Shown here in pieces: positions 22,001 to 35,329 of a stretch of 64,000 nucleotides of DNA. The notes below the pieces were generated by a model. It was not told the DNA's origin. It searched no databases and saw only the letters and a list, made by a program, of their open reading frames with translations. The stretch's first letter is position 1; every line of letters begins with the position of its first letter. Position numbers and translations under genes: made by a program. Origin of the DNA: Phoronis australis (lineage: Eukaryota; Animalia; Phoronida); contig NMRA01000348.1 of the NCBI GenBank assembly GCA_002633005.1, positions 103,390 through 167,389 of the forward strand, read 5' to 3'.

Positions 22001-25000
22001 GAATGGAACGTTATATAATCCACAGACTTGAGCAACAAACTCGACTAAAACTCAAGATTTTTAGTAAAAACAAAAAATTTTGAGTTCAGACTTCAGGGCC
22101 CTCTATTCCTCAATATTGGGATTTAATTTAGCAGAAATATTTAACTTGAGATAAAACGATGACAGTGGCGACTGATACTTTGAAACAAAATCAGCTATCA
22201 GCAACTTCTTGGGAATGAGATTAATGGACAATAGTCACTTACAGAGGTTCCGCCTTTTGAGAACCAGTCTGATGCCTGTTATTCAGTGGAGAAAACTGGT
22301 TCATAAAATGCGGTATCACTGCAAGTGACTACTACAGATTAACGCATCAACCTGCCACAGGGTAGGGAAAAATTTCAGAAGCTCAACCCAGAACTACTAT
22401 GGCTGGACATCCAGACCCAAAGTCCATATCCTCTGAGTGCAGGGTAAATCAAATCCAGTGCCAAGAGCCAACACAACATGAGCAAAAGACCAGATACTGC
22501 ATCCAAACTGACTGGCAGAGTATTTATGGGAGCAGACACTGAACTGATTTCCTAACCTGAACCAGCAACAAGCCACTCACTTTCTGATATTTTCAGGGGA
22601 GTCAGAAATCACCGACAGGACAGAAGGTTCTGTTAAGATAGCTGAAAATAAAGAATCAGTTTAAAAATTCATCGCAAATGCAATAAACACACTTTTGGCG
22701 ATTCAAGCTCTTGTGTAGGACTGTCTGACAAACAAAAGATTGAAGCAAGGCGGCTTGATTTAGCACAGGTCATTGCAAACATTTTGATCAGATGTATGTT
22801 CGACCACTAGAAACATTAACAGATGCCAGATATTTCCACTGTTTTAAGGCAAAATATAATTTTTCTAATATTAATAGTTATTTTTAAAACCATTACAGAC
22901 TTAAAATTCAAATTTTAATGGCTGAAAGTATAAAAATGTCAGTGTCCAAAATTAAAGAAGTTGAAAATAAATATAAGTGAAGTGCCAGGATCAAGAAATC
23001 GAAAACTGAACCAGGGACCGTGATAAAGTTGGCCGAAAACTTACACAGGGCAACAGGATCATTTTGAAGTTCTTCCATGTTAGTCAACTTTTTGGTGACA
23101 TCACTAGAGGTTAACAGCGTCTCAAGCTGAAATGCAATAAGATTATAAAAGGAAAAACAAAAAAACATATTGATCGTAACCTGCAGTAGATGAAGTCAGT
23201 AAATAAATATACTCACCTATTCATATTCATGGAAAACTTTTATAATACCATAGAAGTAAATGATTTTTATTGGACTGGTGTAATGAAGCGTCTTGCAAAG
23301 ATGGAACAGCGGATGAGGGAGCATAGCTGGTTACCATGGAGGGCCATATGAAAATGCCGAGAGTTCACAGTAAGCAGACTATGGCAGCATTACCTGGTCA
23401 TTCTGTGACATGTAGACTGGACATGTGATTTATTATTATCAGGTAGACTACTGTAGCCTAACCAAGCCACAGTGTGGCTTAACAATTCACATGTAGACTA
23501 CGGTAACATAACCTAACTGCAGTGTGACTTAAAATAATTTAGACCACAGTTCCACAACCAAGCCACAGTGCCAATTATAATAATTTAGACCGTGGTAGCA
23601 TATCCAAGCCACAGAGTAACTTACAATAATTTACACTACGGTAGCATAACCTATGTACAGTGTGACTTAAAATAATTTAGACTGCGGTTTGGAAGCCTGA
23701 CCAGGCTGTAGTGTAACTTATAAAAATTTAAGCTACGGCAGCATAACCTAGCCACAGTGCAAACAATTTAAGCTACGGTAGCATAACCCAGCCACAATGT
23801 GACTAACACTATGGTAACACAATACTTACTGCTTGTTTCACCTCCACTCTCTTCATGTATTTCTGTAGTGTGGTAATCAACTCGTTAACAGTAGCACTAC
23901 CAACAGCTGCTGAAACAATGAACATTGTAATTGTGGTACCATTCCATGCTAAGCGTATTGAAACTCAAGGAGATGGCGATTGTGAGGACTTAAACCAGCT
24001 AAAAAGAAACCTTATTCTTGTTAGGTTTTGTACGAGTATTTGTCCCAGTTGGTAAGATTTAAAGACTATGGCAGCCTCAAAGGCATTCCTTTGCGCACAT
24101 CGGGTGTTCTATACGAGATGTGACTTTGATGATATCCAGGATGAGGGGAAATTTAAAGCTTTCCGCATTTAAGGCAAGTGATGTACCTCCCTCAGGTGAT
24201 TGGACGGCTATCTGAATGAAGTGTGGAATTATGGTCCTGAGCGATGGTATGAAAACACCCACAATTCCATTTCCAGACAGCAACTTAAGCGGAGAAATTT
24301 GGCAGCAAGAATCACTTGCCTTAGCGAATGTGAATTTGTTCAAAGTCCAAGATGGCTGATGACTTACCCACATGTGCCTTATTCTCTGTACTCATAGGGG
24401 TCTGTCGTCTAAATACGTGTACCGTGGCTCCGTTTTTAATACCGTAGTGACCGAGGGTAGATGAGTCACGTAGCAGTCTACCGCAATAGATGAGCTCTGT
24501 TGGATAGAACATTATACACAGTTGATGTTTGTCATAGTACACATGTAGTGGGTAAGCTGCAGTATAGCACCATCTATTGTTTGTATAAGACAACTGTGAT
24601 TGTATGAATCTTTGACCCACTTCACTCTCTACTGGTCCAAAACCATATATGGCTAAGTTGGTTGCAATTCATGTTGTTATTAGATATAGATAGTTCTATG
24701 CACAATAAGGTTTTGTGGAACTTGAGCGTTCTTCTATAAATAGATAGTACATACATATTAAAATGAACTATTTTCTGAATGTCACGATTCAAGAAACAGT
24801 GTATCACACGGACTTTATGAGACACAATCAAGTGTTCTCTGTCAATGGGGAACTTTATAACATGACTCCCAAGTCCGTCTAACCATCACTCTGAGGATGA
24901 ACACAGACAGTCAAAAACATCCATAATTTATTGTAACTACTCAATCATGTCTCATGAACTTCACCTGATATTTGACTTATCAAGCTGAAGTCCATGAGAG

Positions 25001-26962
25001 ACGGACACAACATCGCTAACTCAAGTAAGCAAATCCAGTATTTTACTTAAGTATTTCCTTCACTCTGTTACCTGGATAGGATGTCTTAAATTTTTCAATC
25101 GTCCGGTGAAATTATTAAGTGACCAGCAAGACAAAGAACACAGCATCAACAAATAAATAATATATCTCTGCCTATTGCATGTACAGATGTGTCAATGGCT
25201 TGACTCAAACATATCTCAGCCGCACATTCAGTAGCAGTCAACCTACATAAGCGTTCGTCCGTTGAAGGTAATGCTTCATTTAAAAAATTTAAAAACCGAG
25301 ACCGGTGAGAGATATTTTATTTATGCTGCTGCTGTAATATGAAACTCTATTGGCCCAGAAATTAAACAGTCCGATTCCATTAAAGTTATGAAATTTAATA
25401 TTAAGAAGTGGTAGTAATTTTTTTTTTCGCATTGTTACACCTGTACCAGTGTTAATTATATGTCATTTTTCAATGCTGTAAATACTCTCAATATTTAATA
25501 CCATCTTTTATTTAATTTCAAACATTTGTTGCGAGCAGTCCCTCATTCAGTTCCAAAAATCGGTAACTTGCCATTTATCACACTGTGCGCGGCAGGTGGT
25601 ATGACGTCACATCCCCTGGCGTGCGCAGCGTAAAAATGGCGAGTTACTGATTTTGAGAACTGAGCGAGTGATTGCTCGAAGAAACAATTTGATAACGGGA
25701 CTATTTCTTCGAGCTGGAAGTAATTAAATATATCGACGACCTCCTAAGGTCTCCTTCTATGCGCAAAAGGTATTTATAACAATGTGACTTTTGATGTTTT
25801 AGTCAGTGCGAGGCATAATTCACCAAAAAGCTTCTGGCGTATGAAGCGTCTATAGGAGCTCTATCGTCTAGCAGATGACTTGGTTCATTGTTGTTGTAGA
25901 TGTGCTTCCAGTGAATCATATGAGCCTCTGTTAGCTACTCGCTAACGGGCAATTGCCTATTAACTGTATGGTTAGCACGCTTGCCGGTTTTATGGGGGTC
26001 GCTGGTTTGATTCCCGGGTCAGGTAATCTCGGCTATAACTACAAATGGCGTAGCTGGCAAACGAATGATCTACCCATGAAGCACTGCCAACTAGTACCCG
26101 CGGACCTCGGGACGGCGCACATATTAAGGTTCCAGGAGTCGAGGACCTGTATGAAAGACTACCTTGTGTTCACCTGTGTTGCGTTGGTAAAAGTACCAAG
26201 GGACGTTGATGACCTGTATGCAAGACATCCTGGTGTTCACCATCTTGGTGGCATACCTGTTCCATAGGGAAGGGTGTATGTTGTAGATGTGCTTCCGGTG
26301 AGTCATATGAGCCTCTGTTAGCTACTCACCAACAGGAAACTGCCCATTAGCTGAATGGTTAGCATGCTCGTCGGTTTTATGGGAGTCGATTCCTGGGTCA
26401 GGTAATGCCGGCTATTAAGTATTTAACTACATTCAATTTGTTAGTTAGAGGAAGGTAATGTTGTAATCGTCAACATCATTCGTCCTTTATCTTTCTGTGG
26501 TGTCTTGTGATTTGTCAGTTTTATGGTTCCCCAGATGCTTCTTTTATTTATACTGCTGGCGGGAACCCTGTTGGCAGTCGATTACCGGGTCGGGAAATCT
26601 CGGCTATTACTACAGTACTAACACACTGAACAAGAAATCCCCCCATTCCTATGGTTAATAGCAATTTCATCAATTGATGAAAAGCCCAACGGTGGACCTT
26701 CAGCTGAGTACGCCTATTAGCAGCTATTGCTGTGTTAATTCAACAGTTAACTGTTAACTGTTAAAGGAAACTGGCTTCCAAATTTGGAAAGCCTTTCAAA
26801 GGTGACAACGATAATTGATTTACCCAAATCATCTTTAGAAATACTTGTGAGTTGACACACTTTATCTCTGAAACTAGAGACCAGGCCTTTAACGTCAACA
26901 TCGTTCAGTGTAAATCTTTTTGTCTTCTCGTCGGTTCGACAGCAAACAGACACCGCGGCCAT
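19073..26962 (-). CDS. UBL7: Ubiquitin-like protein 7 homolog (N-terminal UBL domain, C-terminal UBA domain), 9 coding exons, 326 aa
   Basis: Minus-strand exons with GT-AG boundaries and consistent phases: 26962-26824, 24496-24368 (ELIYCGRLLRDSSTLGHYGIKNGATVHV, ubiquitin-like), 23909-23830, 23126-23045 (NDPVAL), 22641-22581, 21556-21400 (HPGLVQAV), 20247-20131 (ITASQLSAALAAA), 19791-19711, 19207-19073 (QQVHTLLGMGIQNETVARNALQQTGGNIDAALDLIF, UBA; TAA). Total 981 nt. The motifs match, in order, those I recall for vertebrate UBL7 (DPIAL, HPALVNA, ITQSELATALA, GGDIQAALELIF). Confidence 0.88.
23410..23820. repeat. About 45-bp minisatellite, about 9 degenerate copies, in UBL7 intron 3
   Basis: Unit TAGACTACGGTAGCATAACCAAGCCACAGTGTGACTTAAAATAATT. 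Confidence 0.88.
25264..25857. mobile_element. Palindromic MITE-like element with an about 160-bp central fold-back
   Basis: The arm GAGCAGTC...TCAGTTCCAAAAATCGGTAACTTGCCATTT pairs with AAATGGCGAGTTACTGATTTTGAGAACTGA...GATTGCTC around a TGACGTCA centre. Outer limits are approximate. Confidence 0.55.
25893..26613 (+). repeat. Two full copies and one partial copy of an about 150-bp unit containing a tRNA-like (A-box/B-box) segment
   Basis: Copies at 25893-26043, 26280-26417 and 26576-26613. A-box TAGCTGAATGG (26348); B-box-like GGTTTGATTCCC (26004). Confidence 0.65.
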
Positions 26963-27062
26963 TTTAACGGAAGCCCCCTGTTGGCCAAATACATGCGCAG
27001 TGCTGCTGTGCGTGAACTTAAAATGCTACTTTATCTCCCAAGATAGGCTATATGCGTGAACT
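26952..27062 (-). promoter_or_regulatory. Candidate TATA-less housekeeping promoter of UBL7
   Basis: YY1-like AAAATGGCCGC overlaps the ATG. An NRF1-like CATGCGCAG lies near 26992 and TGCGTGAACTT occurs twice. Motif match only. Confidence 0.35.
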
Positions 27063-30000
27063 TCGATGACTTTTCATTTGGGCAATTAGGTGAAAATTTG
27101 TTGTTCAGTGTAAAGAATATTTGTACTTATTGGCCTCATGATCACCCATTTTCGCCTTCACTGTAACTTGTGCCAAATAATCGGAGGTTTATGAGTGCCG
27201 GGTTAATCTTGGGGAAAAATCGCCAATAGCTGAAAAAATATTGGTTAAAATTTACTTTATTTTGTCAAATACGCGTTGAATCTGTCGAGTTAAATACGGC
27301 AATGTAATAAAGTTTTCCGTATTCACCTCCCGCACTACTTCAACAGTGACCTCTGACATGGAAAGTTCAAAAGGTAGGCTCGGCAATGTCGACTCGACGT
27401 CGTTAGCCGGTTCGACTCACCAAACTTTCAGAAATAGTTTAAAGTAATACAATTATTGCAGAGTAAGTAACGCTCAACATATAATCAGGTCTCAATGGTA
27501 ACATATGAAACAGTACTGTTAATTATCATGACAGTTCTGTCTCAGTTTTCATTTGCTAAATACTTTTATCGTCTGCCGTGCAACTCAGGCGCGGATTCGT
27601 TCAGGAGATGTTAATACAAGTTCAGTGAAAAGTTACCCTTGTTTCCATCCTTGTTATCTCTTTTCAAATAATAAATCGTCACATTTAAAACTGCTTCTTT
27701 TATATATACTACTGAGAGAAAAGTTGCAGCCTAACGCGCAAGTACATACAGTATATATACAGGCATATATAGGATGTAATCCGCCACGTGAACAGTCTGA
27801 GTAAGTGTTTAAAAAATCTGCAGTAAAACGAAAGAAACTTAGGAGTTCGAAGCGTATGGGATAAATACAATTCGGTCTCGGTCGATACGAGGAATAATGT
27901 CGAGCGGGATATTACTTCATGTACGCCAATCGAGGCACATTTTGTGTATTTATTGTTGATGAATGAGTGCTAGTCGTGCGTAATATTTTCCCAGGATAAT
28001 TCTAAAACGGTAAATTACTGACGTAACTCAACATCACTTAATTACTGTTGTTGTTTACTACCACTTTCTTGGAGTAGAGGATTAATAATACTTTAAAAAC
28101 TGTTTGTTTGTGAGCATATAGTGCATCCGTTATTTGTTCGTCTTATTTGATCGGTTAATTCGTGTTTCTCTAGTCTCATATATGTCACTTTCACTTGTAT
28201 TCAGGCACGAGTTGATTAATAGTTGTTTCTCCACATTGAGAGTTGTTCTCCTCATGTAACGTTTGCAGTCTTTAATATACTAGTCAAGACTCATCTCTAG
28301 TGTTCTGTTCCTACGAACCACCTCGTGCATAGCCGAACCGCATTTTCCCTGTACCCCACGTGGCTGCCGCAAGCAACTGATGAAACAGAAACAGCGTGAA
28401 GGGTGAGGGAATATTGAAGTAACTAGGACCGGTAGCGGATGAGGGGCGGGGGGCTCGATCAGACCCAAGATCGCGGCAGTATCATATTCCTTTTTTTCTG
28501 TCCGCCGATAGATTTTCTGAAGGTCCACATTCCCGGCCCCCTCAACTTTCGGGCCACCTGTGCACATACAATCGCGCTTTGCCCAATTCCCCGAGGCAAC
28601 ATGTTGGGCCCCCCTTAATTATGGTATCCTAGATCCGCAACTGGGTTTACCTTCAGTTCGATTGGCCAGGAACGTTCGCCAGCTCAGTACGTACTTAAGT
28701 TTTTTATTTTAGTAACCTCAAAGTTTGTTAAGTTTGCTTTTGAGAACTGTGATGCTTTTACTGATCGGAACCATTAACGTGACTTTGGTCGCCAATTTAA
28801 GATTCCCAACGTCACGAATGCACCCCATTACGTGACGATTCTCGGCCAGTGGAGTAAAAGTGACCATGTCATCGATTGATTACATAGGCTGTTGTCATCG
28901 CTTGTTTATCGGTGAAATACACAAACCCACCGCGGTAAGGCCTGTGAATTCATAAGAGACAGTAATGCATTCATGCCCCCCCTCAGGGACTGCCAATTCA
29001 GAGACACGTTAATTATTATGGCCGACTTGAATGGGCTCTTAAAACCGTTAGTGCTATAGGGCTTATTAATATTACATGTTTTAATCGTGTGCAGTTTGTT
29101 ACGTAAGTCCGCAATTCCCTCTGAGGGCGTTGATCAAACTTGGGCGGACTACATGTACAATTTATGCACGTAACCAACATGGGAAGGTTGCCACTTTCGT
29201 CATCTCCAATCGGCACCCGGCTGTGTTAGCTCCACTTGCACCTCCGGTAGCACCAGTTAATTCCCTTCGACCCCACCCCTCTTGCTAATCGCTTCAGTAG
29301 GCACGTGCATGTATCGTAGGAATGTAAGGGAGGCGTGACTGAAGCGATTTTAGCTTTCAAAATCTTTCCCGTGTTCGCCACCGCTTCAGCACCAGTGGTC
29401 GTCCTCAACTGCCACACCCACCAGAGTAGACCAGCGTGGCTTTGGGAGACAAGGCTTCAAATGTTGGACGTACTGACAATTGAGCATTGCTCAAAAATGT
29501 CTTCTACTCTGAGCGCAGTCTTAATAAAGAATGTATAAATACAAGAGTGACGGTGAACCTAGAGCCCCAAAGCAATTTTGGAAGTGTACTTACTAATAGA
29601 AAAAAAAACTGCCAATCCCCCTTGCCATAGGCGTTCTAAACAAACTCTGGTCAATTAGGGGAGAAATCGCGTAATTCTTTGACCTGAGCACGTAATGTGG
29701 TTAGGGTATAGTTCTGACCTTTAGTGTGCATCTTTTATGAATTTCAATTATTTTGTTACGGTTTCGAAAAGATGCACGGTCAGGAGTACAAAGGTAACGT
29801 AAAAACCTACCACCAGTTGCGAAATCCGGAGCAATGGGGAATGGACATAAACCAGCGTGTCCGAAACTTCGATTACAGTTTTTCAATACATGGGAGTGAA
29901 AATAAACCCCATTGTAAAGATTCACGTTGCTAGTGTCCAGTACACCCTTCTTAGGGCCAGCAATGCACACTTCCACATGTTTCGTTGTGTTTTTTTTTCT

Positions 30001-32001
30001 CGAGTGTTCCCGCTCCTCAAGTCTGTTAATTGTCGGTAGGCACTTACCATCCCGCCATTCCCCCTCCGCCCTGCGCCCCGCTTCTTGCGCCTCTGTCAAC
30101 GATTTCGTTCGTAGCAAGTGGGGGTGCCAACTACTCAGGGAGGTCAATCTCGACGGAATTGCTAAACGTGTGTTAAAAAGTTGGCCGCGAAGTTTTGCAA
30201 TACTTGATACTGTAATTTATACTATATTTTAAAGTGCCCTCGTGCAATTTTTTTTCAGAAAACAATTATACATGTATGTTGAAATGATATCGACATCATT
30301 CGATTGCTTAATGTACACACGTTTAGTAATGCCTACTGTCGATGACATGCTATCCTGCCAATTAACAAGATTAAATTTGCTAGAAGCTGGGAGTTCCTGC
30401 AGCAGCGGTAATACATACCTTTCAATACTCATTGTGCCTAACGTTAATTTGTTACCACTTAGCCCGCTGCGTCCATTCACGTACGCCGCGGTTAATTTGA
30501 TCCACATACACCATGTCTCCTTTCAATGGATGTTTTGTTAAATGGAACAAGGAATATTTTTGCCAACTACCTTCGTACGCGCAGTAATTGAAACGAGAAG
30601 TCACGGATATCTGAAAACTTTCAGAACATGAAGTCTTACATACATGTACAGATACAGTGTACGTCGCGACAGGTCCTACTGTTTTTTTAATGGTTGAGAA
30701 TCCATCGGCACGGCATCACTTTCAACCCAGTGACCTCTGCTTTGAAGAGTCACGACTCCCAAAAAGTGAACAACTTGATGTATGGTTTGCTCTTGACGGA
30801 GAGAAGAAAATAAAATTCAGAATGCAGTTTCCTCTGAAACTATCGAATTCCTTTTTTGGATAACAGTCGTTTGCATTCGTCGCGCAGTTAAGGATTAGTT
30901 TTCTCCACTGAATAACAGGCATCAACTAAACTGGTTATCAAAATCAGGGACACTTGTAAATGACTAGTGCCAATTTTGTAATTCGATATTTTGGTGCAAA
31001 GATAAACATCGCTTTAGAGTTCAGTCAAGTTCACTCGCACATCGATCCACACAAATGACTGATAGCTTTTGCGTCTTTGAAAAGAATTTACGCGCCTTGG
31101 TGAATGACGAGAAGGCAACAATTCTAAGTCAATATGATTTGTCTCGACTAGTTACAACGAAATGTTAGATTAAGGTTAAAAACACAGAAATTGTTGCAGA
31201 CTATAGCACGTGTCTAGCGGGGGTGTTCGTATAAGGAACAAAATCTAGGTGGAGCGTAAAAAGACTTCCTCCCTGGAGGTCTTATTATTAACAATTCGCG
31301 TATGATATTTCCTCAGTATGATCGTCAGCTATTTTTTGAAGCAAAGTCTACACTTATCATAAGTTTTTTACACTCTCAATAATTTCATTGAGCAGATGCC
31401 TTAAGTTATTTATGAACTTAAAGAGGCGTGGAACGTGATAATCAGACTAAATTGCAATATTGAACGTGGCTCACTGCCACTGAAACAGAATTCAACCTGC
31501 TCATTAGGTATTTTTCGGATTTGTTCGTCTAGATTTTTAATTTTTGTTTATACCAAAGCATTTTCTTTTAGTTTCAAAATTCACAAAAGATCGGTTAACT
31601 GCATGCCACTACGTCGATTGTCTGCCACAAGGCTAAGCACGTCTCCCTATTTGGCATGGCAAGACATATACATGTACGTAGCACATTTCCCTTATATTGA
31701 AAATATGACCTTTGACCACAGGTGACTTCAAGCAATTGGCTGTGAGCGCATGCGCGCGTTTATTATAAGTGGGAGGGAGATTAGAAACTCCATGACACAG
31801 AGTTTTCCTTCGCACGTAATTCAAAAAATCTGAATTTTGTTATTTTTTCCTGGAAACGTCCTTACAGGGGAATGTAAATTACTCTGTACCAGACGTTTCC
31901 AGATGATAGTTTAGTCAGGAATTGTTTAAAAGATATTTTTGACCAACCTTCGCGTTGTATGCCTCTCTAAATATCCGATAAGTGTGAAGGAATGTAGCTT
32001 C

Positions 32002-32430
32002 TTAAGAGGAACCTACGCTACAACTACAATTTTAGTCAAGGTAAGAATTCGGCTATGGGTGAAAAATATAATTTTTCATTCCTGAAAATTTTCGAAATGG
32101 GGCCTTGATAGAAAATCATTCTTTATTCAAGTCATTTTATCACTTTAATATTCAAAACTGTAAAATCGATTTGAGTAGAAATTTAGTCCACGATTATACG
32201 TCTACCACGTGTTTTAACATGGAACGCAACACAATCGTTAAAGTAACAAAGCTCTTTGTGGGTCCTTGGAGAAGTGAATTGCCAATTTTGACTAACTTTG
32301 GAACATCTTATCTGAGAAATGGCTTGTTGTATTCATAAGAAATTTTTATATACTATGCACTATTCTCCAAATCCTTGTTAGGACATTTTTGAAGTGTTCC
32401 ATTATTGCATTACAAAACAGGACTTCTTAA
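32002..32430. mobile_element. Possible TTAA-flanked (Kolobok-like) non-autonomous element
   Basis: TTAA-GAGGAACCT ... AGGACTTC-TTAA; weak inverted match, AT-rich interior. Confidence 0.3.
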
Positions 32431-35329
32431 AGCCAAACGTCAACGAAATTTTGTTATTATAGACGTATTAGGCTAACTGGATACTCCTAGCAAAGCCTTA
32501 GCAAAATAAGAAAACGCGAATTTAATCACGCAAATGTAAACCCGTCAAATGATTCTTGAAGCTGCCTTTTCGCGCCATATTGCGTCACCGCGAGATCCCT
32601 GCACAAACAACAAAACGTCGATCACAGTTGTATCGAATAGGGGTCTGAATAGAACACCATTGTGTGCAGGTGTTACTTGCAACTGTTTAAATTAAAATGT
32701 GATTCGCGCGGTTACGTAGACAAAAGCAAACCAATACGCCTAACAGTTCGTTACATGATACAATTTATGGAACTAGTGCGCTCAGAGCGATACTCTTTTA
32801 TATACTGTATGCCAGAGATTGACTTTGGGTTTTTTTAAAGGTAGCTATGCTTTGAGATTTTGCGTAGATGGAGAGATAATAATTAAATCCAGTAATTGAT
32901 TTATTATATGATAATCACTAATTAGACAAGTGAAACCTGTTGTTAATTAAGTAATCAACTACAAAGCAGAGTAACTACGCTGGCGCCCTCTTTAAAGATT
33001 ACTACAATCAATCAACCAAAATGATCAAATGTCTTATATGCTATCCAAGCTGTAGGACTCTCCACTTGGATGAAAGTCTTGTTGGTGAATCTTCGAACTA
33101 CGGACACTGTATTCCGACAGTGTACTTTCTGGTCACAGTCTGGTGACACAATAATTGCAGGCAGTATTTTCTTCCTACGATTTCTCTCGCTGGTCACAGT
33201 CCGTCGTAACACAACACGCATAGGCAGTATCTTACTAGCCACGATGCAAGTGACAATCTCTTAGTTAACTTCCTGTTCGTTAACCCTTGCCCTTGCCAAT
33301 ATCCTCTTTAGAATCGTTCACGAGATGGCTCTGTTGTACAATTTCCTCTACACTGTACCAAGTCTTTTAGCCTCCACTACTATAGCGCATCTGAACATCT
33401 TTCTAATTTCAGCCCATATTATAATATTCTACTTATGTAGCGATTGCCTAGTAAAAACCAAATGATCTTGTCTAATCATATCATTGGCTGTTACGATTTG
33501 CTCTCAGAAATTTCTAGAATCTCTAGAGTGATTTGATCTCAAACCCAAAGTAGTAAATATCATCTAAAATATATTTTGACGTTAAAATACATGACAAGTT
33601 TGACCCCATGATTTAAAAGTATATATGCACAAATTTTGGGCAACTTAAAGTGGATATATTCTTACTAATTATTTAATCAATATTTATTCTGACATTGTAG
33701 GACCCAAATGTACAAGTGTTATAGTTCAAGATAGGCTTTAATATTTCCGTGAAGAAAATTCCAAAGTTGTTTAAAACTAACACAAAATGAAAAAAATGAT
33801 CAATTAGAAAACCGTGACAGCGTTTTGTGAGATTTTATCGTGAACATTTATTTCTAGTGAAATTTAGTCACCTCATTGATAACGTTGATAGCGTGGTTTT
33901 GCTATCGATGTATCTGCCTTTTTACTTATTTTAATTAAAAAGAAATATTCGCGTGGCCCAGGCAATGGAGCATTGGCAAAAATCAACAATCGAATTCTTC
34001 AAGGCCTTCTACTTTCAAACATGTATACTTTCTTCGAGCTTACAACGACAGCTTTGTTGGTATTTGGCTAATTACTCAAACTTGCCGATAAATGTCTGCC
34101 TCATAAGAATACGTTACACCAATAAACACGTGTAAAACGATCTCTTTACTAAGCTTTTCAGGGACACAAAAGTTAAATCTGACTGTATCGATTCGCAATG
34201 TATATCCAGAAATCGTTAACTGGGTAATTGTTAAAGCAGTGTTTGTCCATCAACCTGACCACAAAGTCTGCCCAAAGTTTTTGTAAACGTAACTCATTTG
34301 TACATAGATAATCAATACCCAATAATTATATGGGCTTTTAGGCCAATGAAAACGTAATGAAAACCATAGCACTCATATTTACTGTCTGTTAAATCTTTCC
34401 ACTTTTAATTAAAAAGCATTTTAACTGTCAATTGTCAATCAATAAGAGTATATTTCTCTCAAACCTTAACCACGAAAATATTGAGCCCATGCCGCAAAAC
34501 GTTAAAAAATCGTTTTCAATTATACGGACGATACCTTTAAAAGTTGTCGTCTTTTCACCGGTCATCGTTTTGAATGACGATGTTTCCGTTTTTTTTGCAG
34601 ACAACTAAAATTGGTCATAGACAATAAAATGAGTATCAAAATTTCATACAAATCGGAAAAGATACAAATGCTCAAAACGGCCAAAAGAGACTAATCAAAA
34701 GGTCTCAAAATGACCAATATAAGTCTGTCACATACTTCTACATGTAAGTCAAACAACTCCCAACTTGGACCATAAATTTGCATTTAAATAAAGATAAGAG
34801 CAGGTAAACCACTATCTGTTGAAACTGAACCAATTGTCGCAATCCTCAAACTGAGACAGTTTCTGATGACCTTCGAAGCACCAGCTGACGCAATGTTTCG
34901 CTGCGACAATTTCTAGATTGACGCACAGACTCTCGAAACAGAAAGTGACGTAATTTGGAAAACAACAATGTTGAAAGGGAGACTTTAAGCTGCGCAACAG
35001 CAAGAAAGAAAACGTTATTTATGAATAGTTTCCTGTAAATGTAGACACGTCGTCAAAATATGCTTGCATACTTTGATAAGTTAGTGCGTCTAGTCGTAGC
35101 CAGCATATAAACGTGACCAATACAGTTTTAAATGAGCCAAAAGAGCGAGAGAAACCTTTATTTTTTAAATCATATGAAACATACGTTGGTACATGACTGG
35201 TTGCCAGCAAAGGCACGGGTCGCTACTAGCTGACTACCGAGTAACAATAAATTAAATAGATATTAACAATTAAGAACAATATAAATAACAACAGAAATAA
35301 GTGTATCTACAATGAAATAGGATACAATC

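Noticed and set aside
23410-23820. Regular repeats here and at 4663-4932 as CRISPR arrays
   Set aside because: Units are head-to-tail and degenerate with no unique spacers, there are no cas genes, and the context is a eukaryotic intron.
25955-26030. Functional tRNA gene
   Set aside because: The B-box is mutated (GGTTTGA), the anticodon stem does not pair and the copies differ by indels.
19073-26962. Ubiquilin, RAD23 or DDI1 identity for the UBL-UBA gene
   Set aside because: Too short, with no STI1 repeat series, XPC-binding domain or protease domain; the internal motifs fit UBL7.
33012-33264. ORF with RNRRKKILPA, superficially like the P2X7-ballast tail
   Set aside because: Better explained by an about 57-bp tandem duplication (AARATACTGCCT...GACTGTGACCAG twice on the minus strand); the other conserved residues are missing.
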